Positions 8,562 to 17,768 of a DNA stretch of 64,000 nucleotides are shown piece after piece. The stretch's first letter is position 1; every line of letters begins with the position of its first letter. The position numbers were made by a program, and so were the translations under genes. The stretch lies in IMG/VR virus record IMGVR_UViG_3300006880_000002, positions 2,955 through 66,954 of that record; one strand, given 5' to 3'. The stretch is from a virus. Below the pieces are notes generated by a model, which was given only the letters and a program-made list of their open reading frames with translations, ran no database searches and had not been told where the DNA came from.

Positions 8562-9989
8562 TCAGGTGAACGTGATCGTCGAGGACGTCACCGGCACCGC
8601 GAGCGCCAAGCTCAACGTCCGCGAGAAGAATCCAGAGAGGAACGTGGGTGTCGGCACCGTGTGTGGAGAGAGCGGCGGGTCATCCGGTGGTTGCGCAGTC
8701 ATCGTTTCTAGGAATTGCGCGAGCGGTCCGGCGAGCACGATGTCCGATGGTGGAAGCGCGGGGCTCGATGTGATCCGGAACGCGCCCGTCGGTTGCTCGA
8801 TGACCGGTCCGCCCTTCCCGCGCAGCTCAACTGTGTCGTACTTCCGAAGATCGAGGCCCGTGTACGTCTCGGTGAGGCCGATGATCTTCTTGGAGATCGA
8901 AGCAATCGTGTAGACCTTTCCAGGCTGCGAAGCGAAGAGTATCGTATTGCCGGCGGAGAGCGAGCCGGTCTGATCCTCTGCGGTACGAACGCTCTTGCTT
9001 CCGGTCGTGACGAGAAAGTCGCCTTCGAGTTGCGGGAACGAGCTCTGCTGCCCGGCGAGAGCGAAGTAGCTCGGTGGCAAGTAGACGAGGTGCCGATCGA
9101 TGAGGAGTTGAGCTTCGTCGACCAGTTCCGGGAACTCTTCCGGAGTCATGGTCGCCTCGATCGTCTGCACGTCTTCCGAAACTTCGGCGATGGTTATTTG
9201 ACCGACGCTGTTCCTGAACGCGCCGAACGTGTTGACCACCACGGCGGTGATAGACGCGACGTCTATGGTTCCGCCATCGAGCGTCACCATGTTCGGTCTG
9301 CGTCCGGTGAGGTATGCCGTCACGGTGGCAGTGTTGCCCGCGGAGTCACGGTAGGAGATGTTGATCGAGCGGCAGCCTGGTCCCGCTGTAATAATCGGCG
9401 TTGTCGCTGCGCCGTTCGTGTCCAAGTCAGATGACGAGTACACGGCGATCTTCACCGCAGGCGCTATGACCTCCTTGATTGCCGGAGTGTTCGTCGTGCG
9501 GCCGGTGAAGGCGGGCGTGATCGCGATCGTCGTGTCGGTGAGCCCCGTAACCGTGTAGTAGACGCCCGGCTGAGACTGGAACTCTACGGTGTCGTTCACG
9601 TTGAGCGACGGTTTCATCGTCGCCGTTGTCGCGACGGAGAGCGAGCCGTTCGTCACGAAGAATGATCCAGGAAGCGCTTTCTTCGTGCGCAGCGGATACG
9701 GAAGCACGGGAGGCGTTGAAGTACGCGGGTGACATGGAAACGGCGGCGGCGCTTTCGGCCCTGCGACGTTGGCGGTCATGTTGAGCGTCAGGGTGCGCTT
9801 CGCAGTGCTCGTCGTCGGCGTCGACATCACGTCACTCACGACGGTGAGACCGAAGAGCTGCCCGAGCACCGGATCGGTGGTCGCGTTCACGTACAAAGGA
9901 ACGGCTGCCATGGCAGCGGAGATGCCCGCCGACGCGTAAGGCGACCCAGTGGTGTCAACAGTCCACGCGAGGATGATTCGATCCGACAT
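8562..9989 (-). CDS. Thr/Val-rich beta protein, probable virion structural or spike protein
   Basis: 475 aa with two internal repeats (F-x-VT-x-GS-x-SV-x-T...F-x-SQPG-xx-YT). Confidence 0.6.
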   Translation of the reverse strand: MSDRIILAWTVDTTGSPYASAGISAAMAAVPLYVNATTDPVLGQLFGLTVVSDVMSTPTTSTAKRTLTLNMTANVAGPKAPPPFPCHPRTSTPPVLPYPLRTKKALPGSFFVTNGSLSVATTATMKPSLNVNDTVEFQSQPGVYYTVTGLTDTTIAITPAFTGRTTNTPAIKEVIAPAVKIAVYSSSDLDTNGAATTPIITAGPGCRSINISYRDSAGNTATVTAYLTGRRPNMVTLDGGTIDVASITAVVVNTFGAFRNSVGQITIAEVSEDVQTIEATMTPEEFPELVDEAQLLIDRHLVYLPPSYFALAGQQSSFPQLEGDFLVTTGSKSVRTAEDQTGSLSAGNTILFASQPGKVYTIASISKKIIGLTETYTGLDLRKYDTVELRGKGGPVIEQPTGAFRITSSPALPPSDIVLAGPLAQFLETMTAQPPDDPPLSPHTVPTPTFLSGFFSRTLSLALAVPVTSSTITFT

Positions 9990-10138
9990 TGGGGCAGGAT
10001 ACCATCCCCCCGGCCGTCTCCTGACAGAGGGGACGTGCTTTTCCGAGCCCCGTTCAGAAAACCGTCCCGTCGCCAGCTACGCCGCCGCTCGATGCGCCGT
10101 CGGAAAGGCCGCTACTGGCGAGGTTTTGCTGCGAGCGC

Positions 10139-10210
10139 GGGGCTGTGCGATTGAGAGTGCAGCAGGCTCTTGCGCAGTCTTCGGGGGCTGTGCGATAAGG
10201 TATGGTTATC
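10139..10210. promoter_or_regulatory. Putative recombinase binding/crossover site
   Basis: GATAA-GGTATGG-TTATC at 10194-10210; 13-bp direct repeat GGGGCTGTGCGAT at 10139 and 10184. Confidence 0.5.
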
Positions 10211-10219
10211 AGACAAGCC

Positions 10220-11296
10220 ATGGTCGACAAGCTCGTTTTACACTCTAGCGGTAAACCTCTTATTCGCCTGAGCGACGAGCTTGCAGTGCTCGATCGACAT
10301 GCAGATGAAGCGGCCGACGCAGCCGTCCCCGAGAACACGCGGATCGCCTACGAGCGGGAATTGGCCTGCTTCGCCTCCTGGGCGGCCCGTCACGGCTTGG
10401 AGGTCATGCCGGTCGCCCCAAAGGCCCTTCGTGCCTACCTCTTCGAACTGGCGGAGCGTGGACGCGATCCCGCCGATCTTGCGAGCGGCAGACGTCCGAA
10501 GGGGCCGCTCGGCTACAGCTCACTTATTCTGGCGCTCTCGGCTATCTGCCGCAGCCACCGGAAGTCAGGTCACCGAAGTCCTTGGGATGACCCACTTATT
10601 GTGGAAACGCGCAACACGTTTGCGCGCCTCAAGGGCACGGCCCCCAAAAAGCAAAAGCACGACCTCGGTGTAACAGGGGACGCGCTCCTTCTGAGCGTTT
10701 GCGACCTAATAAGTGACGACGTTCGAGGAGTTAGAGATCGCGCCATGCTTCTCATTGGATGGCAGGGAGGCGGGCGTCGTCGCAGTGAGATCGTTGCCGC
10801 ACGCGTGGAGCACTTCCGCGACGTCGAGGGGGGCATCGAATGGACAATTCCGAGGAGCAAGGCGGATCAGACGGGCAAGATGCTCCGGGTGGCCCTCACT
10901 CCCGCCTCTGACGCTCGCTACTGTCCCGTGCAGGCCCTTCGACGCTGGTTGGCCGTGTCGAAGATCGAGCGGGGTCCTGTGTTCCGTGGGGTCGAAATGG
11001 CGACTGGCGTCATCAGGCCGGAGGCGCTCGCCGCCGTCGGCGTCGCACGTCGCGTACAGCACTACGTACGAAAACTAGGGCTCGACCCGAAGGACTTCGG
11101 TGCGCACTCGCTGCGGAGCGGTTTCGTCACGAGCGCGTACAAGCTCGGACGGAAAATGCCCGACATCATGCAGGCGAGTGGGCATCACGGCATTGTAGAA
11201 GTCATGGGGTACATCAGACGTGCAGGGCTCGTGGATGAGTCGGCAGGACGCGGGCTGCTCGATGAAGCACTCGCGCGTCGGAAGGAGAAGACATGA
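10220..11296 (+). CDS. Cre-like tyrosine recombinase (Int1)
   Basis: RRSE, KADQTG, CPV, HSLRSGF, SGH, YIR catalytic motifs; SAM-like N-terminal domain. Confidence 0.92.
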   Translation: MVDKLVLHSSGKPLIRLSDELAVLDRHADEAADAAVPENTRIAYERELACFASWAARHGLEVMPVAPKALRAYLFELAERGRDPADLASGRRPKGPLGYSSLILALSAICRSHRKSGHRSPWDDPLIVETRNTFARLKGTAPKKQKHDLGVTGDALLLSVCDLISDDVRGVRDRAMLLIGWQGGGRRRSEIVAARVEHFRDVEGGIEWTIPRSKADQTGKMLRVALTPASDARYCPVQALRRWLAVSKIERGPVFRGVEMATGVIRPEALAAVGVARRVQHYVRKLGLDPKDFGAHSLRSGFVTSAYKLGRKMPDIMQASGHHGIVEVMGYIRRAGLVDESAGRGLLDEALARRKEKT

Positions 11297-11658
11297 TCGA
11301 TTTCGGTTACTGGTTAGAGCGCGGTCTCTCTCAGCCTCCGATTTGTTTGTCTCCGATCATTCCGTCTGCGGATGAGATGAATCGCGCTCGTAAACGAGAC
11401 GAAGGAATGCGTCAAAACGCAAAGGTCTACTTCGCCCGAAGACAATCAGACGGTGCGATCAAAATAGGAACCTCTACCTACGTACCAGGACGAATGTGCG
11501 CGATCACTCGACGGGATCCGGTAACACTACTCCTCGTGATCGATGGTGGGTTCCAGGTAGAAGCTCTTCTACATTGGTGTTTCGCTTCGGCACGTGTTCA
11601 TGGAGAATGGTTTCTTCCAATTCCGGAACTGCTTGCATACATTAAGGAAAGCCGGTGA
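11293..11658 (+). CDS. T5orf172/GIY-YIG-like protein
   Basis: VYFAR..IKIGTS..EALLH..GEWF. Confidence 0.8.
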   Translation: MIDFGYWLERGLSQPPICLSPIIPSADEMNRARKRDEGMRQNAKVYFARRQSDGAIKIGTSTYVPGRMCAITRRDPVTLLLVIDGGFQVEALLHWCFASARVHGEWFLPIPELLAYIKESR

Positions 11659-11915
11659 CCCCCACCTTCCTCTTCGGCACTTTCTTTGGTTTCGTGTTCG
11701 CGTACTTGCTGCGCATCGTGCTCGGCAGCATCGGCATCCATAGCATGCGCTCGCGAGGGTTCTGCACACAATGTGGACGTAGAGCTCCAGCGTTCGCTGA
11801 GTACACCGTTGATCTTGAATCAGGGAATCGGTGCGCCGCGGTGTTCTGCGAGCCGTGTTTCATGTATTCGGCTCAGGTCAGTCGAGAGAACCCGCCACCG
11901 TGGAGTAAGCGATGA
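11655..11915 (+). CDS. Membrane protein with Zn-finger-like Cys pairs
   Basis: N-terminal TM, CTQC and CEPC. Confidence 0.55.
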   Translation: MTPTFLFGTFFGFVFAYLLRIVLGSIGIHSMRSRGFCTQCGRRAPAFAEYTVDLESGNRCAAVFCEPCFMYSAQVSRENPPPWSKR

Positions 11916-12151
11916 TCTACTGGTACTTTTTCTTCGCTCTTCTGACCGCCGGGTACAACAGCAACGAGTTCTTCGCCAAAGAAACCCGAAAGACGCTCCA
12001 TGTGCAACTTGCTGAAACTGGAGTCGGTGAAGAGATTGTCTGGATTGGGCTCATGGCGATCCTCGCCATGATCTCACTCGCGTGGCCTGCCTACTGGACG
12101 CTTTGCGCAATCGGATGGGTTGTGCGGCGACGGATGCGTGGACCGAAGTAG
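11912..12151 (+). CDS. Small membrane protein
   Basis: ATGA coupling, hydrophobic segments, basic end. Confidence 0.55.
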   Translation: MIYWYFFFALLTAGYNSNEFFAKETRKTLHVQLAETGVGEEIVWIGLMAILAMISLAWPAYWTLCAIGWVVRRRMRGPK

Positions 12152-12155
12152 ATGC

Positions 12156-12362
12156 ATGGCCCGCCGCGACGGCGAGCCGATCTTCAGCACTGCTCGTTGC
12201 GGCGAGGAAGCGACGCACTACTCGCACGTCGGCCGGCGGTGCGCGCGGCACGCTGAAGAACTACGAGCCGCACTACGGAGCCCGAATACACTTGGGAGCA
12301 TCCTGCACGGCGGCGCGTACTCCGAAGAGGAGATCGCACGTATCGTGGTGCCGCTCGCTTAG
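12156..12362 (+). CDS. Hypothetical protein
   Basis: Last ORF of the Int1 operon. Confidence 0.45.
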   Translation: MARRDGEPIFSTARCGEEATHYSHVGRRCARHAEELRAALRSPNTLGSILHGGAYSEEEIARIVVPLA

Positions 12363-12508
12363 GCGCGCCGATAGCGGACCGCTTCCGGCCCTTTCTTTTC
12401 CAGAGCGTAAATTCCGACGGCTGCGGCGACGAGGATAGCCCCAGCGATCCACGTGGCGGAGTTGTCGGTCGGTTGCTGCGGGGTCGTGAGTGATTCTGCT
12501 TCGAGCAT
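12359..12508 (-). CDS. 49-aa single-TM protein (below ORF-track cutoff)
   Basis: MLEAESLTTPQQPTDNSATWIAGAILVAAAVGIYALEKKGPEAVRYRRA; TAATG overlap with upstream gene. Confidence 0.65.
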   Translation of the reverse strand: MLEAESLTTPQQPTDNSATWIAGAILVAAAVGIYALEKKGPEAVRYRRA

Positions 12509-14103
12509 TACGCCACCTGTAGCCAGTTACTGCCGTCCCAGTTCCATTGATGTACGGCACCGAAGTACCCTCGTCCCTGCGTGGCGTCGAGGTACGCCGC
12601 GCGCTCGGCGAGGGCCGCGTCGTCGGAGAGCCACCGGGGACCCTGCTGCGCTGTGAGTCGTCCGTCGGCGTAGACCGCGAACCAACGATAGGCGGGGCCC
12701 CCGGCGCCTACGCCAGCCACAACGCCCGCCTGCTTCGGGTAGGGCCCGTAGCGTCGGTCCTGGCCCGGAGGCGTCTTGGCAACCACCTGAGAGGCCGCCG
12801 GAGCCGCTTTCGGGGGCGCGGCCTTGATTGGGGAAGCGGCCGCGGGGGGCGCGGGCTTGGGTGGAGGTACTTTGAGAGGTACCGCTTTAATCGGGGAGGG
12901 TTTTCCGACGACGTTCGCGAGCCAAGGCTTCGTAGGCTCTTGAACTTTGACAGCGGCGTCGAAACCTTTCTGGAGCTCGGCGGTGAGACCACTTCGAACG
13001 GCCTGCAACGCTTTCTCGCTTATGTTCTTCTGGTTCACGAGACCAGAAGCGATCTTGAACCCCTGCTCGACCTCGGGACTTGCCTTGAGCGTCGCGAGTG
13101 CGTTCTTGAGCGTGGGGTTGTCCGTGACCATCTTCGCGCCTTCGGCTAGCACCTTCTGTATCTGATCGCTCGCCATGTTCGCGAGTCCGTGCGCGATTGC
13201 GGTCTGGATCTTCTCACCTGTCGCGACGGCGGTACCGATGTCGTACGCCTGACGTGCCGGGCCTTCGGGAATTGCGTTGCGCGCGGCTTCGATCATCGCC
13301 TTCGTGACATTTTGACCGGAGAGTACCTTCGTCGCCGTGTCGTACGCAGCGAGCGCGACTGCTCCTCCAGGGATAGCAGCACGGATAGCTGCTTTTGCGG
13401 CCTCATCGATGCTCTTACCTTCTGCGAGAGCAATGCCGCCAGCAATCGCCGCCGCGGCCGTCGTACCGATACCGGGCACGAACGCGATGACCGCTTGTGC
13501 GTACGGAGCCGCGTCCTTGATAATCTTCATCTGCGCTTTGGCAGCGTTGATGAAGACGTGATCGAGGCGTTCCCCGGAAGCGATGGCTTGAGCAATATCG
13601 AGCGGAGCTTTTGCCGCCTCACCGACGATGTTCGCCACGTCGACTACAATGTTTGCAGCTCCACTCGCAACGGCTTCAACGTCATCGAAGAACGTCTGCT
13701 TTTTTGGGACTGCGTTCACCGCGTTTTTGACGAGCGCTTCGGTCTCTGGTCCACCTCGCGGTGGTGCTGCGGGGGGACCGTTGTCCGGCCCTCGTGCTTT
13801 AATGAGGTAGAAGTTGATCAGCCCATGGGCTGTATTCCAATCCATTTCATCGGCGCGGGACGGTTTGCCTCCGACGATGTTTCCTCGTTTCAGGATGTCG
13901 TTCGCACGCTGAGCAAGGGCTCTCAGGATCGTGATTTCATTTGACGTAGGGGCACGACGCTGATCCTGGGTAAACTCGGCTACCAGTTCTCTTGCTGGCG
14001 TGTTCCAACCGGCGATTGTGTTTACCGTTGTTGAAGTCCCGACGCCGAACAGCACGCTCGTATGGCATTGAGAGCCAGAGAGAAAAAGCGACTCGGTCTG
14101 CAT
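12508..14103 (-). CDS. Ala-rich helical virion protein, candidate DNA-delivery/pilot protein
   Basis: Long amphipathic helices, hydrophobic FVPGIGTTAAAAIAGGIALA, Pro/Ala/Lys linker. Confidence 0.55.
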   Translation of the reverse strand: MQTESLFLSGSQCHTSVLFGVGTSTTVNTIAGWNTPARELVAEFTQDQRRAPTSNEITILRALAQRANDILKRGNIVGGKPSRADEMDWNTAHGLINFYLIKARGPDNGPPAAPPRGGPETEALVKNAVNAVPKKQTFFDDVEAVASGAANIVVDVANIVGEAAKAPLDIAQAIASGERLDHVFINAAKAQMKIIKDAAPYAQAVIAFVPGIGTTAAAAIAGGIALAEGKSIDEAAKAAIRAAIPGGAVALAAYDTATKVLSGQNVTKAMIEAARNAIPEGPARQAYDIGTAVATGEKIQTAIAHGLANMASDQIQKVLAEGAKMVTDNPTLKNALATLKASPEVEQGFKIASGLVNQKNISEKALQAVRSGLTAELQKGFDAAVKVQEPTKPWLANVVGKPSPIKAVPLKVPPPKPAPPAAASPIKAAPPKAAPAASQVVAKTPPGQDRRYGPYPKQAGVVAGVGAGGPAYRWFAVYADGRLTAQQGPRWLSDDAALAERAAYLDATQGRGYFGAVHQWNWDGSNWLQVA

Positions 14104-14150
14104 CAAAGGAGAGTACACCATGATAACCAATCTTTCAGATTATTTAACGA

Positions 14151-14918
14151 TTACGCACACCTACGAGCTGAGCGCGCTTCACCTTCGTACGACTCGCGAT
14201 GGTAGACAATCTCAGCGCTAGTCATGGCTATCTGTCCGAGTATCAAAGCCCGAAGATCTTCATCGACTGGGTTTGCTTCGTGCTGTGCGCCGATGAGCGG
14301 AAGCGGTTGGATGAGTCGGTTGTGGTCCAGATCCCACGGCTTTGGGGCACCACCCGGAGCCGTCGGGTCGAACGGGCCACAGCGGTACTGCCAGATGACT
14401 GGCTTGCGTCCGGCTGGTGATGCAGGCGTCTGATTCGGAGTGAAGTGCGCGATCCAGAGTGGATTCTCCAAAATCCACAGCGGAGATCCGAGGAGTCGAA
14501 AGTCAGCTTGCGTGATGTAGATCATGCACGCGCCCCACTCCTTCTTCACTCGGTCGACTAGCTCCTTGAGGTCGGGCTCCCAAGCGGTCGATACTGGAGT
14601 GCCAGGGTCGGGGATCGGATCGAGCTCGACATCGATTGCGGGGATAATGTCACCGTCCCCGATCTGTACGACGTCGGACACGAGCTTCAACATCTTGAAG
14701 TGGTCGTTCACCGGCTGCGACGGGCGATAGAACTGGTAGAGGCCGGTTTTGATACCGAGATCTCGGGCCTTCGAGACGTGCTCGATAGCTTTACGGTCGC
14801 GGAGGGCCCCGCCGTACGACGCGCGACAGATGACGAAGTCGCATGACGCCTTGATGCGTGCCCAAGGCGGGTTCGTGTTGTGGTGAGAGAGATCGACACC
14901 GAAACCTATCGAATCCAC
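14151..14918 (-). CDS. GH25 muramidase (endolysin)
   Basis: GVDLSHHN, YQFY, AIDVE (DxE), LWIAHF, IWQY, DLDHN. Confidence 0.9.
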   Translation of the reverse strand: MDSIGFGVDLSHHNTNPPWARIKASCDFVICRASYGGALRDRKAIEHVSKARDLGIKTGLYQFYRPSQPVNDHFKMLKLVSDVVQIGDGDIIPAIDVELDPIPDPGTPVSTAWEPDLKELVDRVKKEWGACMIYITQADFRLLGSPLWILENPLWIAHFTPNQTPASPAGRKPVIWQYRCGPFDPTAPGGAPKPWDLDHNRLIQPLPLIGAQHEANPVDEDLRALILGQIAMTSAEIVYHRESYEGEARSARRCA

Positions 14919-15553
14919 GCGAACCTTCCCTTCCGCGCGCTGTAGGCGCCGTAAGCAGCTCCAAGAGCGAGTGCGAACGCTCCAGCCCAGAGTGCGCCGT
15001 GTCCCGAGACGGTCGGAGCGCGGAACTCCGGGTGCTCGTGCAGGTAATAGGCGTCGTTCACTGCGGCCTGCACGACCTGGAGCTTCGAGAGATACCCGAG
15101 CACTCCAGCGATATCGCCGAGCGTGAAGTACCCTTTCTTGTTCGGATCGAAAACTTTCTGGTTCTGTTCGTATTCCGCACTCGGCGCTGAGAAGACGACG
15201 TCCCCCGGAGAATGAGCGCGCTTAAGGGCCGCTTGGCTGAGCTGCGCCACCATCAACTTAGCGGCGGAGTCGATGGTCCCGGATCGCGTGGCATCGCGCC
15301 AGTAGTTGAAGATGGGACCGGAGAGTTGCGCGCTTGCCGGCCAGGATTTGTACTCTTCGGGTGAGACGCCAACGTAGTTCGAGAAGGTGCTGCGGCAAAA
15401 TTGGTTCAGACCAACGCACCCGCTAGGGTTCGTCGCGGCTGGGTTGAACTTGCTCTCCAAATAGATGACGGCAAGAACCCACTCGGGACGGATGCCGAGT
15501 TGATTGTTGATCTTCCAGAGCGCGTCAGATGTCCCAGGCTGGTCAAGCGACAC
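14906..15553 (-). CDS. Lytic transglycosylase (SLT-like) with C-terminal TM anchor
   Basis: IYLESKFNPAATN..GLNQF; C-terminal hydrophobic helix + RKGR. Confidence 0.8.
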   Translation of the reverse strand: MSLDQPGTSDALWKINNQLGIRPEWVLAVIYLESKFNPAATNPSGCVGLNQFCRSTFSNYVGVSPEEYKSWPASAQLSGPIFNYWRDATRSGTIDSAAKLMVAQLSQAALKRAHSPGDVVFSAPSAEYEQNQKVFDPNKKGYFTLGDIAGVLGYLSKLQVVQAAVNDAYYLHEHPEFRAPTVSGHGALWAGAFALALGAAYGAYSARKGRFAWIR

Positions 15554-16079
15554 GGCGCGCCTCCTCAGAAGCGGCCCATGCCCAGTCTCGATACCCGTCC
15601 TGGGTCGGGTGGAGATGATCGCCTGCCATCGGGAGGAACTGCGCAGTCACGACAGGTACCCCGAGTGAGGCTATCATGTCGTGAGCCGGCGTGTTCACGG
15701 TTGCAGGCGGCTGGATCCACACGACCTTCGCGCCCATCGCCTGGAGAGTTTGGACGATGCGCTGCGCGTTTGCGGCGCTCGGCGCGTTTCCGTCGTTCAC
15801 CCCGAGAGACACCAGTACTACCTCAGGGGCGAACGTCGACAACCAAGACGGGATCTTCGCCTGATAGGTGTTCAGACCGACGATGCCGGAGCCTTTGAAC
15901 GCCGAGAAGCCGGGACCCATGAACGGCGTGAGCCCAACGGCGTACGAGTCTCCGAAGAGCGCGACGCGCGGTGTCTTCACCTTCTCGTGAGCCTTCTTAC
16001 TAAGAACCAGATGCGTCGTTACGACCGCAACGGCGGCCCCTCCTACAGTGAGAGACTTCCAGTGATCACGCCAAGCCAC
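15543..16079 (-). CDS. SGNH/GDSL hydrolase with N-terminal TM
   Basis: FGDSY, SLGVND, DHLHP. Confidence 0.88.
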   Translation of the reverse strand: MAWRDHWKSLTVGGAAVAVVTTHLVLSKKAHEKVKTPRVALFGDSYAVGLTPFMGPGFSAFKGSGIVGLNTYQAKIPSWLSTFAPEVVLVSLGVNDGNAPSAANAQRIVQTLQAMGAKVVWIQPPATVNTPAHDMIASLGVPVVTAQFLPMAGDHLHPTQDGYRDWAWAASEEARRVA

Positions 16080-16083
16080 GTGG

Positions 16084-16611
16084 TCACCGACCCAAGATCC
16101 CGATCACGGCAACCCAGGACCCTACGAAGTGATCGTTGTCTGGCAAGTAGGTCCCGATCTTGTGGCCCTCACGAGCGTACACGGTGAATCGGATCTGAGT
16201 GACTCCGGTCGTGCTGCACAGCACGCGAAAGACGCAACCTTGCGTGACTGGGATACCTCCGAAACACTGCATCCCGAAAGGAGGTGTCGTCTGAGAGACG
16301 CCGTTTACGACCAACTGGATTTGCGGGTAGTCGCTGCTTCCATTGTTGCTCATCGTTCCGAGGAACGTGATGTCAACATACGTGCCGGCTTCTTGTTGCG
16401 GAATGTCGAAACCCAGCGCCGCGCCGCCGTCCTGTACAAGAAACGGGATCGGGTCGGGAATGTCTGGGTTGAGGTTGACCGGCACTTCGAATTTGCCGGT
16501 CGAATGTGATTCGAACGATAGCGGCAGCACCGAAGGGATCACCGGGGAGAACTTCGCCTCCGGGTACGTCTCCCGGGAGCGTTGTCCTGGTCTCCCGATG
16601 AGTGATCCCAT
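16084..16611 (-). CDS. Beta-rich virion protein with RETYP N-terminal motif
   Basis: MGSLIGRPGQRSRETYPE followed by beta-sandwich-like sequence. Confidence 0.65.
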   Translation of the reverse strand: MGSLIGRPGQRSRETYPEAKFSPVIPSVLPLSFESHSTGKFEVPVNLNPDIPDPIPFLVQDGGAALGFDIPQQEAGTYVDITFLGTMSNNGSSDYPQIQLVVNGVSQTTPPFGMQCFGGIPVTQGCVFRVLCSTTGVTQIRFTVYAREGHKIGTYLPDNDHFVGSWVAVIGILGR

Positions 16612-16617
16612 GGGGCC

Positions 16618-17244
16618 TTAGTACGCGACGAGTGTAGCGGGCCCTACCTGTGGAACGGCTGCCGCGAGAAGCTCCGAGGCGGCCAGCGTGATCGCAGGTA
16701 GGTTACTACCGAAACTCGCGGTGCCTCCTACGAAGAACCCGACTGCGGACGTGTACGCGAGCTGCACCGTCGCTGATGTGGCACCGCCTGGTATCGTGAC
16801 CGCTGCGTAGCAACGGAACGGGGTGCGGAGGTAGAAGTCACCTTCGACAATAGAGAGAACGTTGTTACTTTCTTGGAGCGCGTTCTCGATCCAAAAGAAC
16901 CCGTTACCGGAGGCGTAGTTCGTGGCGCCGTTGAAGCTCACGACGGGGAGCATCCGTTGCAGCCCCTTATCTCCCTCTGGAAACCCGGAGGTTAGTCCTG
17001 ATGCGTCGACCACGAGAATATTCCCGGGGGTGACCCCAGGAAGAACCACTTGAAGAGGTGCTGGCACCATTGCCGCATCACGCTTGATGGTGTCAGCAAA
17101 AGCGACGCTTGGATCTTGGGTGATCGACACCGTAGGCATGTCGAAACCTGTCTTCACGAGCGCGCTTCCGGAGATGACGGTCATCGTTCGAGGTTGTGGG
17201 TACGCTTCACGAGACTTTCCGCCTCTTGGTCCAGTGATGTGCAT
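16618..17244 (-). CDS. Beta-rich virion protein with REAYP N-terminal motif
   Basis: MHITGPRGGKSREAYPQ followed by beta-rich domain. Confidence 0.65.
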   Translation of the reverse strand: MHITGPRGGKSREAYPQPRTMTVISGSALVKTGFDMPTVSITQDPSVAFADTIKRDAAMVPAPLQVVLPGVTPGNILVVDASGLTSGFPEGDKGLQRMLPVVSFNGATNYASGNGFFWIENALQESNNVLSIVEGDFYLRTPFRCYAAVTIPGGATSATVQLAYTSAVGFFVGGTASFGSNLPAITLAASELLAAAVPQVGPATLVAY

Positions 17245-17259
17245 CGGTCTACCTTTCGA

Positions 17260-17490
17260 TCAATCGGAGATCGGGTTGATGAACCGGAGCGAGACAGCCG
17301 AATCCTTCGGTCGTGACGCGTGTGAAAATCCAGAGTAATCCGAGTCGTAGTGCGGATTGTCCCCTGTGTTCGTGTGTACGTTTCTGTTGTTCCGCTTCTC
17401 GTTGTAGAAAGCGAAATCGATGAGCGACCGGGGGGCTCCGTTCTGCGAATGACCACCCTTTGCTTTGAGTGTCTTGAGTTTCTTTCTCAT
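17260..17490 (-). CDS. Small basic hypothetical protein
   Basis: ATGA-coupled, Lys-rich N-terminus. Confidence 0.5.
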   Translation of the reverse strand: MRKKLKTLKAKGGHSQNGAPRSLIDFAFYNEKRNNRNVHTNTGDNPHYDSDYSGFSHASRPKDSAVSLRFINPISD

Positions 17491-17768
17491 GATTCTTCTC
17501 CGTCTTCTTCCTTCAAACCGCCTAGCAGCAGTAACAGAGCCGCATCGACGGAGAGAGCCAAAACACTAATCGCGAAACCTCCGAGGAGGATATCGAGCGC
17601 TCTGCCGTGCCCGAAAATGATGAGCTGGAACGTTCCTGCCCAAGCCCCGACCCAGAATCCCGTGCATTGGCTGCATTCAAGGAGTCCTGGCCAGAGTCGC
17701 CTTCCCTGCTCGAAGATCGTTCCGCGAACGATGATGAGGGTCAGGCCGATGAGGGCGATCCAGATCAC
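17487..17768 (-). CDS. DUF1360-like membrane protein
   Basis: TM helices and LLECSQCTGFW (CxxC-x-x-x-W). Confidence 0.65.
   Translation of the reverse strand: MIWIALIGLTLIIVRGTIFEQGRRLWPGLLECSQCTGFWVGAWAGTFQLIIFGHGRALDILLGGFAISVLALSVDAALLLLLGGLKEEDGEES

Noticed and set aside
12508-14103. Tail tape-measure protein
   Set aside because: Ala-rich and helical but short, with no neighbouring tail tube, chaperone or baseplate genes
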